62,270 nt of DNA from Ylistrum balloti (lineage: Eukaryota), in contig NW_026782068.1 in NCBI RefSeq assembly GCF_031769215.1, forward strand, positions 930,001-992,270. The letters run 5' to 3'. The translations under genes were made by a program, and so were the position numbers. Below the pieces are notes generated by a model. That model ran no database searches and was not told where the DNA came from. It was given only the letters and a program-made list of their open reading frames with translations. Of this stretch, positions 37,863-50,300 are shown piece by piece. Each line of letters starts with the position of its first letter. Positions within the stretch are counted from its first letter, which is position 1.

Positions 37863-39485
37863 ATGTCGTACAGATTTTGTTTTGATAAATCGCCTACTAG
37901 GTTTCATCAACTAAGGTTAGTAGCTTAACATCATCAATTAGTCCTAGAAGGATGAAACAACTTTAATGGATAGTTCGAAGTTTTATTTAACTACACTGTA
38001 TCTAATTCAAAATATGGTTATTTCCTTGTTATCGATGAATAAAACTTTATTTTGTAATCTGGCGAACAAGGAAGTTGTGTAAAAGATCATATACATTTAT
38101 AAGATATCAGACCACACGTCACTCAAGAAATGCTTGCTAATACTGATATAAAAGACCCCTGTTGCGCAATAGTGTCATTTTGTTCCTCTCAAAACATGGA
38201 CCCGCCATGGACAGCAACGCCGTATGCAATCTTGCTGTTGATTTGTTTCGTACATGTTTCAAGTAGTTTAAATGTTTACCTTCTATGGATTATGTTATCA
38301 GTTGGGTTGACAGAATAATTTCAGCATAATTCATATGGAATTCGGATTTTTGTTTGTGATATAGATAGCTCGTAATGCTAATGCCGCTGATATATATAAA
38401 TATATAACCCATTTTACTTTTGCAAGAAATAAAATAATATATTTTATTCAATGCATTATAAAAGAAAAAAATATATATATATGGATATGAACCAAATCAT
38501 TTTTGAACATACTTCTGATGGAGTTTTACTATTAACAAAAAGATATTGTAAAGCTGACATTTCATGTGGATGTACATGTATTCTGTCAAATTATGTCAGT
38601 ACTTTCTGTTTTCTATCTGCATTTCTGTAGATGTTATATATCAACCAGGGCGATTTTGTTCATAGTTATCTGTTTTGGCGAAGTTTCGAACAAATTTCAT
38701 AAGAAAACAAAATTTTGAATCGTCTTTACTTTTAGTGATTCTTATTTCTATTAACACATTTATTCGTTGACGGCAAAATTATTTTGAATAGTGAAATATG
38801 TCAGAATATATGCATGTTCTTTGGGATCTAAGGACAAGTGCCTATATCAGTCTGTTTTTTGACGTTTATTTAAAATCTTAATGATGGTAGTCACGTTCGA
38901 GATTTCCACACTTGAAGCCCGTAGGATCTCTGACGAGTGATATAGGAAAAGTAAAAACAATGATATAAAGTTTAATAGATTATTTGTAATGTTCACTTAT
39001 GTGTGTCCTTTGAAATCAAGTCTACCTTTTTGTCAACCATGTTATTCTTCTTTCCTTCATAAAGTGAGCACTATGATAGACATGTTTAGAATAGTTAAAG
39101 GTAACGGCAAGATACAGCCGATAACGTATGTGTGTTTAAACGTTATCGTAGTCACGGCAAGAGGATTACAATAGACTGTGTTACGATTAAAAAAATCACA
39201 TGGACTCTGATCATACTGCCCCTATTGTTCTGTACAATCCAGCTTGGAGACCTCATAAAAATATTGAGGACGCGACACAAATAAGTTTTTTTTAACAGAC
39301 CATATTCATAGCCGCGATTCTCCCAGCAGTTCGACAATTTACGAATATTGAGTTTGCAAATAAGATATCTGATACTGTTGATATTAGCAATACTCTATAC
39401 CGGAAGTCAAGTTAACATCCCACCATACTTTTCAAGCAAATATTTCCTACGATACCCATGTCTTTGAATCCATACTATAACTACT
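37863..39485 (+). repeat. Segmental duplication copy 1 (gene B promoter + exon 1 + start of intron 1)
   Basis: Colinear, high-identity match to 40915-42184 joined to 43472-43833. Confidence 0.92.
38196..38262 (+). pseudogene. Duplicate of gene B exon 1 ([22 protein letters not shown]) with weakened splice donor
   Basis: 67 nt as in copy 2, but the donor is A|gtagtt instead of A|gtaagt. TATA (38147) and ETS 14-mer (38063-38076) are retained. Confidence 0.65.
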
Positions 39486-40914
39486 AGCTACACTGTAAAG
39501 GAGGTGGGAGGCATGTCAGATATGAAGATATTGACAAAAATCTGATGAGATGGCTACAGGACAGACGGGAGACCGGAATACGAGTAACTGGGAAAGCATT
39601 GCGGTTTGAGGCCCTGCGTATGCATAAGGCAAATGGTAGTCAATCGTTCAAAGCCTCGTATGGATGGTTTTCTAAATTCAAAAAGAGACATAACATTTCG
39701 TTCAGGCGATCTACGCATTTGGCACAACATGAAGTTTCATTAATTGATGATCGTATTGACAGTTTTTTTAATTTCGTGTTAAGAATGCGTCGGCTACGAG
39801 AATACCCCGATAGCCATATCGCTAACATGGGCGAAACCCCGGTGTGGTTTGACATGCCAGGAAAATCGACATTGGCAATAAAGGGGGAAAAAGAGGTCAA
39901 GAGTTTACAGTAATGGCCATGAAAAACAAAAAATAACGGTGACACTGGCTGCATATGCCAATGGGACTAAAATCGCCCCCCTTGTGCACATGCCAGGCAT
40001 TCGTCCCCTTCCGAAAGATGACATACCAAGTGGTATTGTGGTATACATGTGCGGGGCCGGACAAAAATCCTGGGCAAACGAGGAAAGTATAAAATTTTGG
40101 TTAAAAAAAACTCTGGGGTGTGAATAATACAGCTAGGCGGTTATTAGTATGGGACGCTTTCCGTGGTCATCTTACTGAAGATGTAAATCAAAACTGGTTC
40201 GTCAAAAATATAATTCAGACATCTGTGTTATACCCGGAGGATGTACATGTAAGCTACAGCCAGGAGATGTGTCGTGGGATAAACCCTTCAAACAAAAACT
40301 TGGAGAGTTGTATGACGAATGGTGTTTCAGTGGCCCCATTGAGAAAACAAAAGCAGGGAACCGTACAGCCCCATCTAAAGCTGTAATGTTGTCTCGGGTC
40401 AAGACAGCATGGGATAGCATTAGCCCGGACACAATCAGAAGATCGTTAAAAAAATGCGGTATCACAAATTCGCTGGACGGTAGCGAGGATCATATTTTCC
40501 AGCATGATTCTGACGATGAGGAATTCCAGGGGTTTAGTGAAAAGGATGTCCAAGCTGCAGATGATGTTTTACAAAATTTAATGGGTGATGTGAACGCGCC
40601 TTCTATTCCACAAATGGAACTGAGTGAAAGCGAGACTGGCGAAAGTGAAGACAGTAGTTCGTACGGCAGTCCCGGCCGTTAGGCCTGCAGTATATTGAAA
40701 TGAACCGTGGATTAAATTGATATTACTTGTGAACATGTCGTCACAGTGTAATTTTCTTGTGCCAAAATTTATTTGTTTATGTTCATGGATACCAGGAATT
40801 TAAAATTTATTAAAAGGTAAGGTTTGTAACCTGACTCCTGAGTTGTTGAAATTTACTGAGAAAACAGGTGGGGGGCGTTTATTAGAGACGGGGCGTTTAT
40901 TGGAATAAATACGG
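39486..40914 (+). mobile_element. 5'-truncated pogo/Tigger-type Tc1/mariner element with disrupted CENP-B HTH + DDE_1 transposase (to 40682)
   Basis: WLQDRRETGIRVTGKALRFEA...FKASYGWFSKFKKRH (HTH_CENPB); IANMGETPVWFD (D changed to G), LLVWDAFRGH and DVSWDKPFK, split over frameshifted ORFs. Right end ...GGGGCGTTTATTGGAATAAATACGG followed by TA. No left TIR. Confidence 0.88.
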
Positions 40915-41108
40915 TATGTCGTACATTCTTAGGTTTGATTAATCGCCTACTAGGTTTCATCAACTAAGGTCAGTAGCTTAACACCATCAATTAGTCCTAG
41001 AAGGATGAAACAACTTTAATGGATAGTTCGAAGTTTTATTTAACTACACTGTATCTAATTAAGAATATGGTTATTACCTTACACATAAAACTTTATTTTG
41101 TAATCTGG

Positions 41109-41200
41109 CGAACAAGGAAGTTGTGTAAAAGATCAGATAGCTTTATCAGATATCAGACCACACGTCACTCAAGAAATGTTGGCTAATACTGATATAAAAG
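41109..41200 (+). promoter_or_regulatory. Gene B proximal promoter: ETS-type CGAACAAGGAAGTT (41109-41122) and TATAAAAG (41193-41200)
   Basis: TATA lies 49 nt upstream of the ATG; motifs are conserved with the gene A promoter. Confidence 0.55.
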
Positions 41201-41241
41201 ACCCCTGTTGCGCAACAGCGTCATTTTGTTCCTCTCAAAAC

Positions 41242-41308
41242 ATGGACCCGCCATGGACAGCAACGCCGTGTGCAATCTTGCTGTTGATTTGTTTCGTACA
41301 TGTTTCAA
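41242..41308 (+). CDS. Gene B exon 1: signal peptide [22 protein letters not shown]
   Basis: Consensus donor A|gtaagt in phase 1, in frame with acag|GC at 44285. Confidence 0.82.
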
Positions 41309-44300
41309 GTAAGTTAAATTCAGAATATATGCTTACCTTCTATGGATTATGTTATCAGTTGGGTTGACAGAATAATTTCAGCATAATTCATATGGAATTC
41401 GGATTTTTGTTTGTGATATAGATAGCTCGTAATGCTAATGCCGCTGATATATATAAATATATAACCCATTTTACTTTTGCAAGAAATAAAATAATATATT
41501 TTATTCAATGCATTATAAAAGAAAATATATATATATATATATATGGATATGAACCAAATCATTTTTGAACATACTTCTGATGGAGTTTTACTATTAACAA
41601 AAAGATATTGTAAAGCTGACATTTCATGTGGATGAACATGTATTCTGTCAAATTATGTCAGTACTTTCTGTTTTCTATCTGCATTTCTGTAGATGTTATA
41701 TATCAACCAGGGCGATTTTGTTCATAGTTATCTGTTTTGGCGAAGTTTCGATCAAATTTCAAAAGAAAACAAAATTTTGAATCGTCTTTACTTTTAGTGA
41801 TTCTTATTTCTATTAACACATTTATTCGTTGACGGCAAAATTATTTTGAATAGTGAAATATGTCAGAATATATGCATGTTCTTTAGGATCTATGGACAAG
41901 TGCCTATATCAGCCTATTTTTTGACGTTTATTTAAAATCTTAATGATGGTAGTCACGTTCGAGATTTCCACATTTGAAGCCCGTAGGATCTTTGACGAGT
42001 GATATAGGAAAAGTAAGAACAATGATATCAAGTTTAATAGATTATTTGTAATGTTCACTTATGTGTGCCCTTTGAAATCAAGTCTACCTTTTTGTCAACC
42101 ATGTTATTCTTCTTTCCTTCATAAAGTGAGCACTATGATAGACATGTTTAGAATAGTTAAAGGTAACGGCAAGATACAGCCGATTGTAACCTGGACGAGC
42201 GCGACTCGCAAAGAATGGCTAAAACAACCAAAATACAATATATACAAGTTTATTACACTATATACACATAACAAGATATATCTCCTAACCTAATTCAGCA
42301 CACTTCACTCCCTCACTCATAACCACACTTACACTATAATTATAGAAATATACATTAAAGTTAATACAGCCAAGCATCTATACATGTCTCTTTTAAAGAC
42401 TCTGAAAAACGTCTCTGGATAACCTACTTATACAACGTTACATCAGTCAGCAAATGTTCACCGGAGTGAACAAATGTCCTCTCTGTTAACAATCCAATGA
42501 CGCACCAAGTACTGTCCACAAAGGACATCTCAATAATTGTACACACAGGACATCTCAGGAATGCCCACACAGGATATCTTCATAATGGTCCACACAGGAC
42601 AGCATATACAGTAGATAGGTCTGTCTACCTCCAGACTGTATACCGCAACAGTCCACACCAGACCTCATATGTTTACAGGACTGCCCACACAGGACATGGT
42701 ATCAGGCTACACTTCCTTGCCCACACAGTACGTTATCATCATCGTCCTCACTAAAATCATGGGTAGAACTGTAATTACATAATATAGCCACGTATAACCA
42801 AATATCCCATTCCTATTACTAAACTATACATATATTCATTTAGTATCTCATAATATACACAAATATTATATTATTACAACCATATAATACTGTATGTAGC
42901 TGATTAACTGATATAATTCCATTAGCAAATTCTAGTCTTAATTTCAAGTTTCTGATAATAACTAAATACATAATCCAATTCACAAAAAATAGTTATTCTA
43001 TACCCATAACATATGTATTTTGAACTGTACTCATCGGCTGTTATAAGCATATACATGTATCTCTTAATATTCGGCCCAAATACCAAACACAACAGATTCC
43101 GGGTAAACATTGGAATATAAGGGTGTTATAAAGGTTTACAAACTTACCGCAAACTGTATTTTGCGCTGGCTAACCCCATACAAGCAATTATCGACCTGCC
43201 GAAATCTACACCGCTGCTCTCGCTTACATGTACATTTCCTTTCTCACGAGACTAATTTCAAATATAAAGAACTCGGATCCGGAGAATCCGTAATTAAATC
43301 TTTTACGTGGAATTATTAAGAAAAATAGATAGACAGTATTTAGTTTAGATATTATCAAAATTATTTCATTAGATACATGTACGAAATGTTCAGAATAACT
43401 GGGATATTATTTCATACATATAAACAGATAAAATGTACAAAATTATGGTTGGGACTGTGACTGTGACCGATAACGTATGTGTGTTTAAACGTATCGTAGT
43501 CACGGCAAGAGGGATACAATAGACTGTGTTACGATTAAAAAGATCACATGGACTCTGATCATACTGCCCCTTTTGATCTGTACAATCCAGCTTGGAGACC
43601 TCATAAAAATATTGAGGACGCGACACAAATAAGTTTTTTTAACAGACCATATTCATAGCCGCGATTCTCCCAGCAGTTCGACAATTTACGAATATTGAGT
43701 TTGCAAATAAGATATCTGATACTGTTGATATTAGCAATACTCTATACCGGAAGTCAAGCTAACATCCCACCATACTTTTCAAGCAAATATTTCCTACCGA
43801 TACCCATGTCTTTTAATCCATACTATAACTACTGATTTTCATTTCAAACGACAACCTACATACCAATCAACTCGATATAATTTATAACTTCACATGGAGA
43901 TCACGAAAACTCTTAAATGTCAAACTAGATCCTACTATTAACACTATTAACATGCACCTTGACACCTCTAATATCACTATTATTGGCAACCTATTGAATA
44001 AATCGTTTAAGCTACGTCCTATGGAAATCCCGTATATAACCCTAATGACTTAACTCTACATAACGTTTTCCTGAGAGGGCTATATCTTTCGTGTTTATAT
44101 CATTATGCACTCACAGCTGGCGTGGCCACTTATAATCAGGTCACTGATTTTAATTTTTTAAACCCTTCTTAGAAGACGGCATATTACACATGTAATTGGA
44201 CAGCGTGAATTTGGTCGTTTGGCAATTTTCTATCAATACCTCTTGAAAGACATATCTATATGATGTTATTTGATTTCATTACAGGCCAACGTACGACTGT

Positions 44301-47300
44301 CCGACTTGTTGGAGGAGGGCTGTCGCATCATTTTGGTCGGTTAGAAGTATACCATGAAGGTGAATGGGGAACTGTTTGCGATGACTATGCTACTGATCTC
44401 CTGGCGAAGGTAGTTTGCAAGCAACTTGGATACGACAGGTAACTGTAAAAGGGATGTCATAGTTTTTGGTTAAGTGCCTCAAAATGTCACAAAAAGTTAA
44501 TTTGAAAACGGATAACAATTAACACAATGGCAGGACATTTCCCTCAAATACGACCAAAGTTTGATTACACAAAACCCCAATTTAGGGCTAATTGCGTGTA
44601 GTAGAAGATAAATGAAACAGTAATTTACAGCATTTTTGAAAGCTATTATACAATTTAAGGTTCCAGAAAATAAAAACAAAAATTTACAAAATGACAACAT
44701 TACCATTACCAGAAACTCAAATTCCATATACATGGGCAAAAAATGTTCAAAACAATAATTTACACGGAGACTCCTGAAATAATACAAGGACAATAAGACC
44801 AGGTCCGGAACAGTAAGCGTCTTATGCTTTATCGGCAACACCCGTCAAACAACCTTGGTCAATCCAATTGAATAATGCCACGATCTCAATGCAAAAACTG
44901 TTATACAATAACGGAACTACCAGGCAAACTAACGAGCATCACATACATCCATCTTCGTGTCGTACAAAGAAATAGAATATTTCTCAATGCAATCATTATG
45001 TCGACCACAAAACTTTCCCATAATTTTCATCAACCATAATCTTTTGAACCCTTGTGTTACGAGTTTGTCAGTCAGTTGTCGACTTCTTGTGTGAAAGTCG
45101 TGATTATGAATATTGATTGTTGTAATTGATTTTTGTCTAAATATATGCGTTTGTGGTCAACCATGTTTTTGGATACATGTCCATGTTTGAAGTATCAACT
45201 TGTTTACTTGTGTGATTTTTGAATAAATGAAATGTTGCAGCGTTAACAGAAACAATTTAATGCGGGACAAATTTACCGAAAATCTTTTTCAGGTGTAGAA
45301 TCCAGAGAACACGCTCCCGACAAAATATTGAAAACCAAACTATCACTTTGAATATCGAACCATTCCTTATCGTTTCATAGCAATATGGGGATCGTCAGAG
45401 GATCTGCATATTATGGACAAGGTACAGGGAAAATCTGGATGGATGATGTTAAATGTAACGGAGCAGAGTTGTCCTTAGACGCATGTCCATTTAATGGCTG
45501 GAACATCAACAACTGTGGACATGGTGAAGACGTGTTCGTTAGCTGCACAGGTAAACACAAAAGCCATAATCTACATTAAACCTAGTAGAACTCAACGAAC
45601 AAGACTTCTGGTGACTTTTGATTACTGATGGTTGCTAGGATTTCATGTGAAAAGTGTAATCTGATTTGTAGTATCAGCAGAGAAAAATATTACAATAGAG
45701 AAGAAATAGTTATAGCGTTATGTCATGTAACTGATTCGCATTATGCTGTTTCAAACAAGCAGATATCACGGTTAAGTACACCAGTTGATTTTCATTTTAA
45801 AAGAGATGACATCTTCCAATGATTTTTACTATTAAGGTCAACTATCACATCAGCCTAAAGTTTACCGAGGTAGCCTGCAAGGTGGTACACAGATATTAAT
45901 TGAGGGAAGTGGATTTTCAAGGAATCAGTTTAATCATTTCCCGGGAACAGAGCATCTTGGAAATAAAGTCTATTTCGTGAACAACTATCATGTGTATCCG
46001 TGTGATGTCATCGTTGAAAAAACAGACACGTCACGGATCACCTGCAGTTTAAGGTAGGTCAATGGTAGGTAATTGAACTTACAAAATTCATTCGATACAA
46101 AGAACATCCAATAATACATTGTCAATCTAGTCACCACAATACAGGTTTCTAAATGCTTCATCCACTGGTCAATGAACATGCTTTTATATCTAGCATTACA
46201 GAATTTGCAACTCAAAAGATGCAAATGATAGCAATAACGATTTTTAAAAATCTGTTGGAAACACAAACGTTTTGCTTCTTACAACGCAATCGCAGTTGTC
46301 TAAAGTATTTCTAAATTTCAATTCAAGCAATGTTCTGTAACAAAAGATGAGGAACGAAACAACTGCTGATCAACATGTTTCGGACTATACCATTGCACTT
46401 CTTTTGAAATAACGCAGTACTGAAAATTATGAAGTTTATTGAAGTTTTAGTGTAAATTCATCTCCCCATCTCTTCTATAAAATTCATTTCGACTAGATTT
46501 TGTTCAGTCGTCTTTTAGATTTCAACAATTAATGCCCTTAAGCATCACTGAGTTCTAAATAAAAGAAACATCTGCATGATATAATCTGAATCATCATTTC
46601 GCGCCAAACCTGTTTACTTTTGGGTTTTTTTTATTGCAAAAGGTCTTATCACTTCCATATTTTATTGAAACTAAGAAAAACAGTACATATTCTCTGTGTG
46701 TTCTCAGCATAAGTCGTGTTTACGACAGCGTATACAAATAGTTTTGTGTGACTTCCATCATGTATACGTTAAGCCTGCATTACATTGCATTCATTCAGAC
46801 CCGGCATGGAAGAGGGAACATACAATGTTAAAGTTACCGTGGATGGAATTGATGTACACGACAACAATTTAAGCTACAACTATATACTCCAGGTGCGTAT
46901 GACCTTTCAGATTATTCAAATTAATTCGGACGGAATGATAACGAGTTACAGACTAAACAGCAGAATGTAAGCTGAACAATTCGAAAAAAATAGTAAATAT
47001 AACCAGAAAGTGGCATACCCCATACCAGGTTATTTTCGCGCGGATGAAATTTTCGGTAAGTTGCGGTATATCGAAGTGATCGCGAAAATATTTCGTGAAA
47101 TAATATATGATATGTCTTTTCATATCAAAAGCGAAATATCCTAATTCAGTCGATCGTTTTAAAAGAAAATCTCTATTTTTTAACCTACGAATATTTCCAG
47201 CTATACGGTAATGTGAATAAAATGTGTACTGGGCTTACCAAATGGATAAATAATTGTTCAACGATTTTATTTGTACTAGCTCACTGAGTCGTCAACGCCA

Positions 47301-50300
47301 ACCATTACGGAAATATCACCGTCGTCAGGTCCACCAGGTGAGTATTTAATTAGTAATTTTTATGTAACTGCACACTACGACAAGAAACGACACAACAATG
47401 AGTATGAAGAGAAAAGGCCACCCTTACAGAGAGGGTGACTTTGTATTCATTTATGAAATTAAAAACATATCTTACAGTTACAAAAACCGTAAAATGAACA
47501 AAAGATTATTTTTAGTAATTATAATAAAAAGCCAATGTGGGGTTAACAAAAAAACCGCCACAATTGCTAATAATAAATAACGTTACTATAGAACAGACAA
47601 TAGGGTGGAAGTGGGTGGGTAAATTTTGCATAACAAATGCAAATCCACTCCACTAATTGAACTACGTATTGATACAATTAAAGATGGCTGCGTTATGAGA
47701 GGGGTCTCAGCATCCGCGCGAAAGTAACTGACCAATCAGATGACGGATGACCCTCTAATTCAAGGGACATAACTCTTAGTTATTTTTGGAAAGAAAATCA
47801 AGGGAAATAACTCGTATATCTATGGAACAAAAAATTTGACAATCAAAATATCTTGTATAGTGTTTCCGATACATAAATTAAGCTAATGCCTTAGCTGCCT
47901 TTTATGTATCTGCACACTACGACAAGAAACGACACAACAATGAGTATGAATGAAAAAGGCCACCCTTACAGAGAGGGTGACTTTGTATTCATTTATGAAA
48001 TTAAAAACATATCTTACAGTTACAAAAACCGTAAAATGAAGAAAAGATTATTTTTAGTAATTATAATAAAAAGCCAATGTGGGGTTAACAAAAAAACCGC
48101 CACAATTGCTAATAATAAATAACGTTACTATAGAACAGACAATAGGGTGGAAGTGGGTGGGTAAATTTTGCATAACAAATGCAAATCCACTCCACTAATT
48201 GAACTACGTATTGATACAATTAAAGATGGCCGCGTAATGAGAGGGGTCTCAGCATCCGCGCGAATGTAACTGACCAATCAGATGACCGATGACCCTCTAA
48301 TTCAAGGGACATAACTCTTAGTTATTTTTGGAAAGAAAATCAAGGTAAATAACTCGTATATCTATTGAACATAAAATTTGACAATAAAAATATCTTGTAT
48401 AGTGTTTCCGATACATACATTAAGCTAATGCCTTAGCTGCCTTCTATCAGAGTTATCAATTCAATTTCTAATCATTTCCTTTATTGTTCGTACTACCACA
48501 TTTCCATGAATGGGGAACTCAATGGAGTGTCATTGATATGCATATACTAATAGTTCTTATTATTCTTTACTTGAATATAGTAAAGAGTAAGAGTCCTGTT
48601 AGCTATCAACTATGTCCCAGCTTTTTCACAACATCGATGATAATTTTCATTCCTATCTAATAATTCACTATATCCATTTTGATCGATAATTTGACCATAT
48701 AGGGTACCATACTACAGGTTGATAACGCTATAAGAGTGTCCATTATTGGCCCTATCATCCTTGAATAATTTTATATGACCTTTCTTGTTGTAGCTTTCGT
48801 ATGAGGTTGAAGGTTTTTGGAAAGGACACATTTTTATCAAACACGTTTGCTTAAATTTCAGATACAATGTACTAATGCGATTCTGTTCCTTTTTAATCAC
48901 GATCCTATCACAGTGTATGTCTTTTTATTCCCGATAAACTTAAATGAAGCCGACGTCTTAACTATTGCAATTCCCATTGCTAAATAGCAACTATAACGTT
49001 TCACCGACAGAGGACATTTACAAAATAATATGAAGATGGTAGATTTTGATAAGGAGATTCCTCACTTCACAGCAACAAGAGTCGAATATTGTTTTTATAA
49101 TAATGCACATTGGTGGATTGGTAACACTATATAATAATCTAATGACTTCAGTCGGATGTTTTGATATAATTTTACACTTATCGCAACACAACTGCGTAAC
49201 AGCCTTAAATGAAGACGATCTTTTAAGGTTTTCGGGGTGTCAACGGTGAATAAATAACGAGCGAGAAATTTCATAATCCCGTTCATACGCATCTACAGAG
49301 GCGATTTCACTATTCCTTTATTCCCCTGAATTATTAATTAAACTGCTTACAGCTGGGATTGGCATAAAACACCTTTTTTCTGTAATTTATTTTAGGAACA
49401 ATGGTGACTCTGAAAGGACGAACGCTTACCTCAAATTATGGTTTGAATCCAACTGCGTACGGAAGCACTAACGAAATATCAAGGTGGGTTTCTTTCAGTC
49501 ATTCTTATTTCGGATATATTTAAGTGTTCGATTTTGTATTTTGCATTTGCCGATTTCGCGGGGCTATGAATTTAGTTGCTCTTCAGACAAATAGAATGAA
49601 TCACGAAGTTGTTTATGCCGCACTTCTTCTAAGAACAACACAATAGCCCATACAATCGACAAAAGCAAGACTCAATGCTTTTAACTCATTTTAGATGGTT
49701 TGTTTTCTGTATTGTGAACAAAACCAGGCCTCCAGTTACTAGAACGTGTGCAACTCTAAACGTTGCGTTAAGATATAGTCCGACATTCAAAATTACAGTA
49801 TGATCAAACAATATTACTCATGTTATTCAAAAAGAACATAAAGTGTGATAATTGATTTTCACAATATATATTAGAAATATTGAAAAATCTCTGATAGCTA
49901 CTCGGAAGAGCAACGTCTGTACTGCATTATACGGTCGTTTCCCGCTTCCCTTCCAATTGGGCAGCAATCTTTATCAAATTGTCATCAAGTGTTTGTGACT
50001 TTTCTCAATAGCCTTGACTCAATAACAAAGTCAAGAATCAGTTCGGTATCAAAGTTGCTTAGTGGAGGCTATTGGTCTTGCTGGAGATTTCAGGCAAGTG
50101 GAGGTTAACAAAATAAAAACATGAAAACAAATATGTTCGGCTAAAAATAAGAGCAAATATGATCACTTTTATTTGAATTTAAGCTTCAAAAATGTAATTC
50201 TCCTTCGTAAAGAATCTGCATCGGATGTGAACACACGTCCAGATCAATGCTAATGAAGTTAAATTCTTAGACAAATGAAACAGCTAAAATTTGGTAGTTT

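Larger units (their letters stand above)
40915..43833 (+). repeat. Segmental duplication copy 2 (carries the likely functional exon 1 and a 1282-bp insertion)
   Basis: Matches 37863-39485 once 42185-43466 and one CCGAT are removed. Confidence 0.92.

Noticed and set aside
45837-45880. TIG1 starts QPKVYRGSL, apparently a few residues shorter than human PKHD1L1 as I recall it
   Set aside because: The frame is intact and the comparison relies on memory; it needs an alignment before calling a deletion.
47398-48122. Twin ORFs (60 and 72 aa) suggesting a duplicated small gene
   Set aside because: By-product of the 542-bp intronic duplication; AT-rich with no domain.
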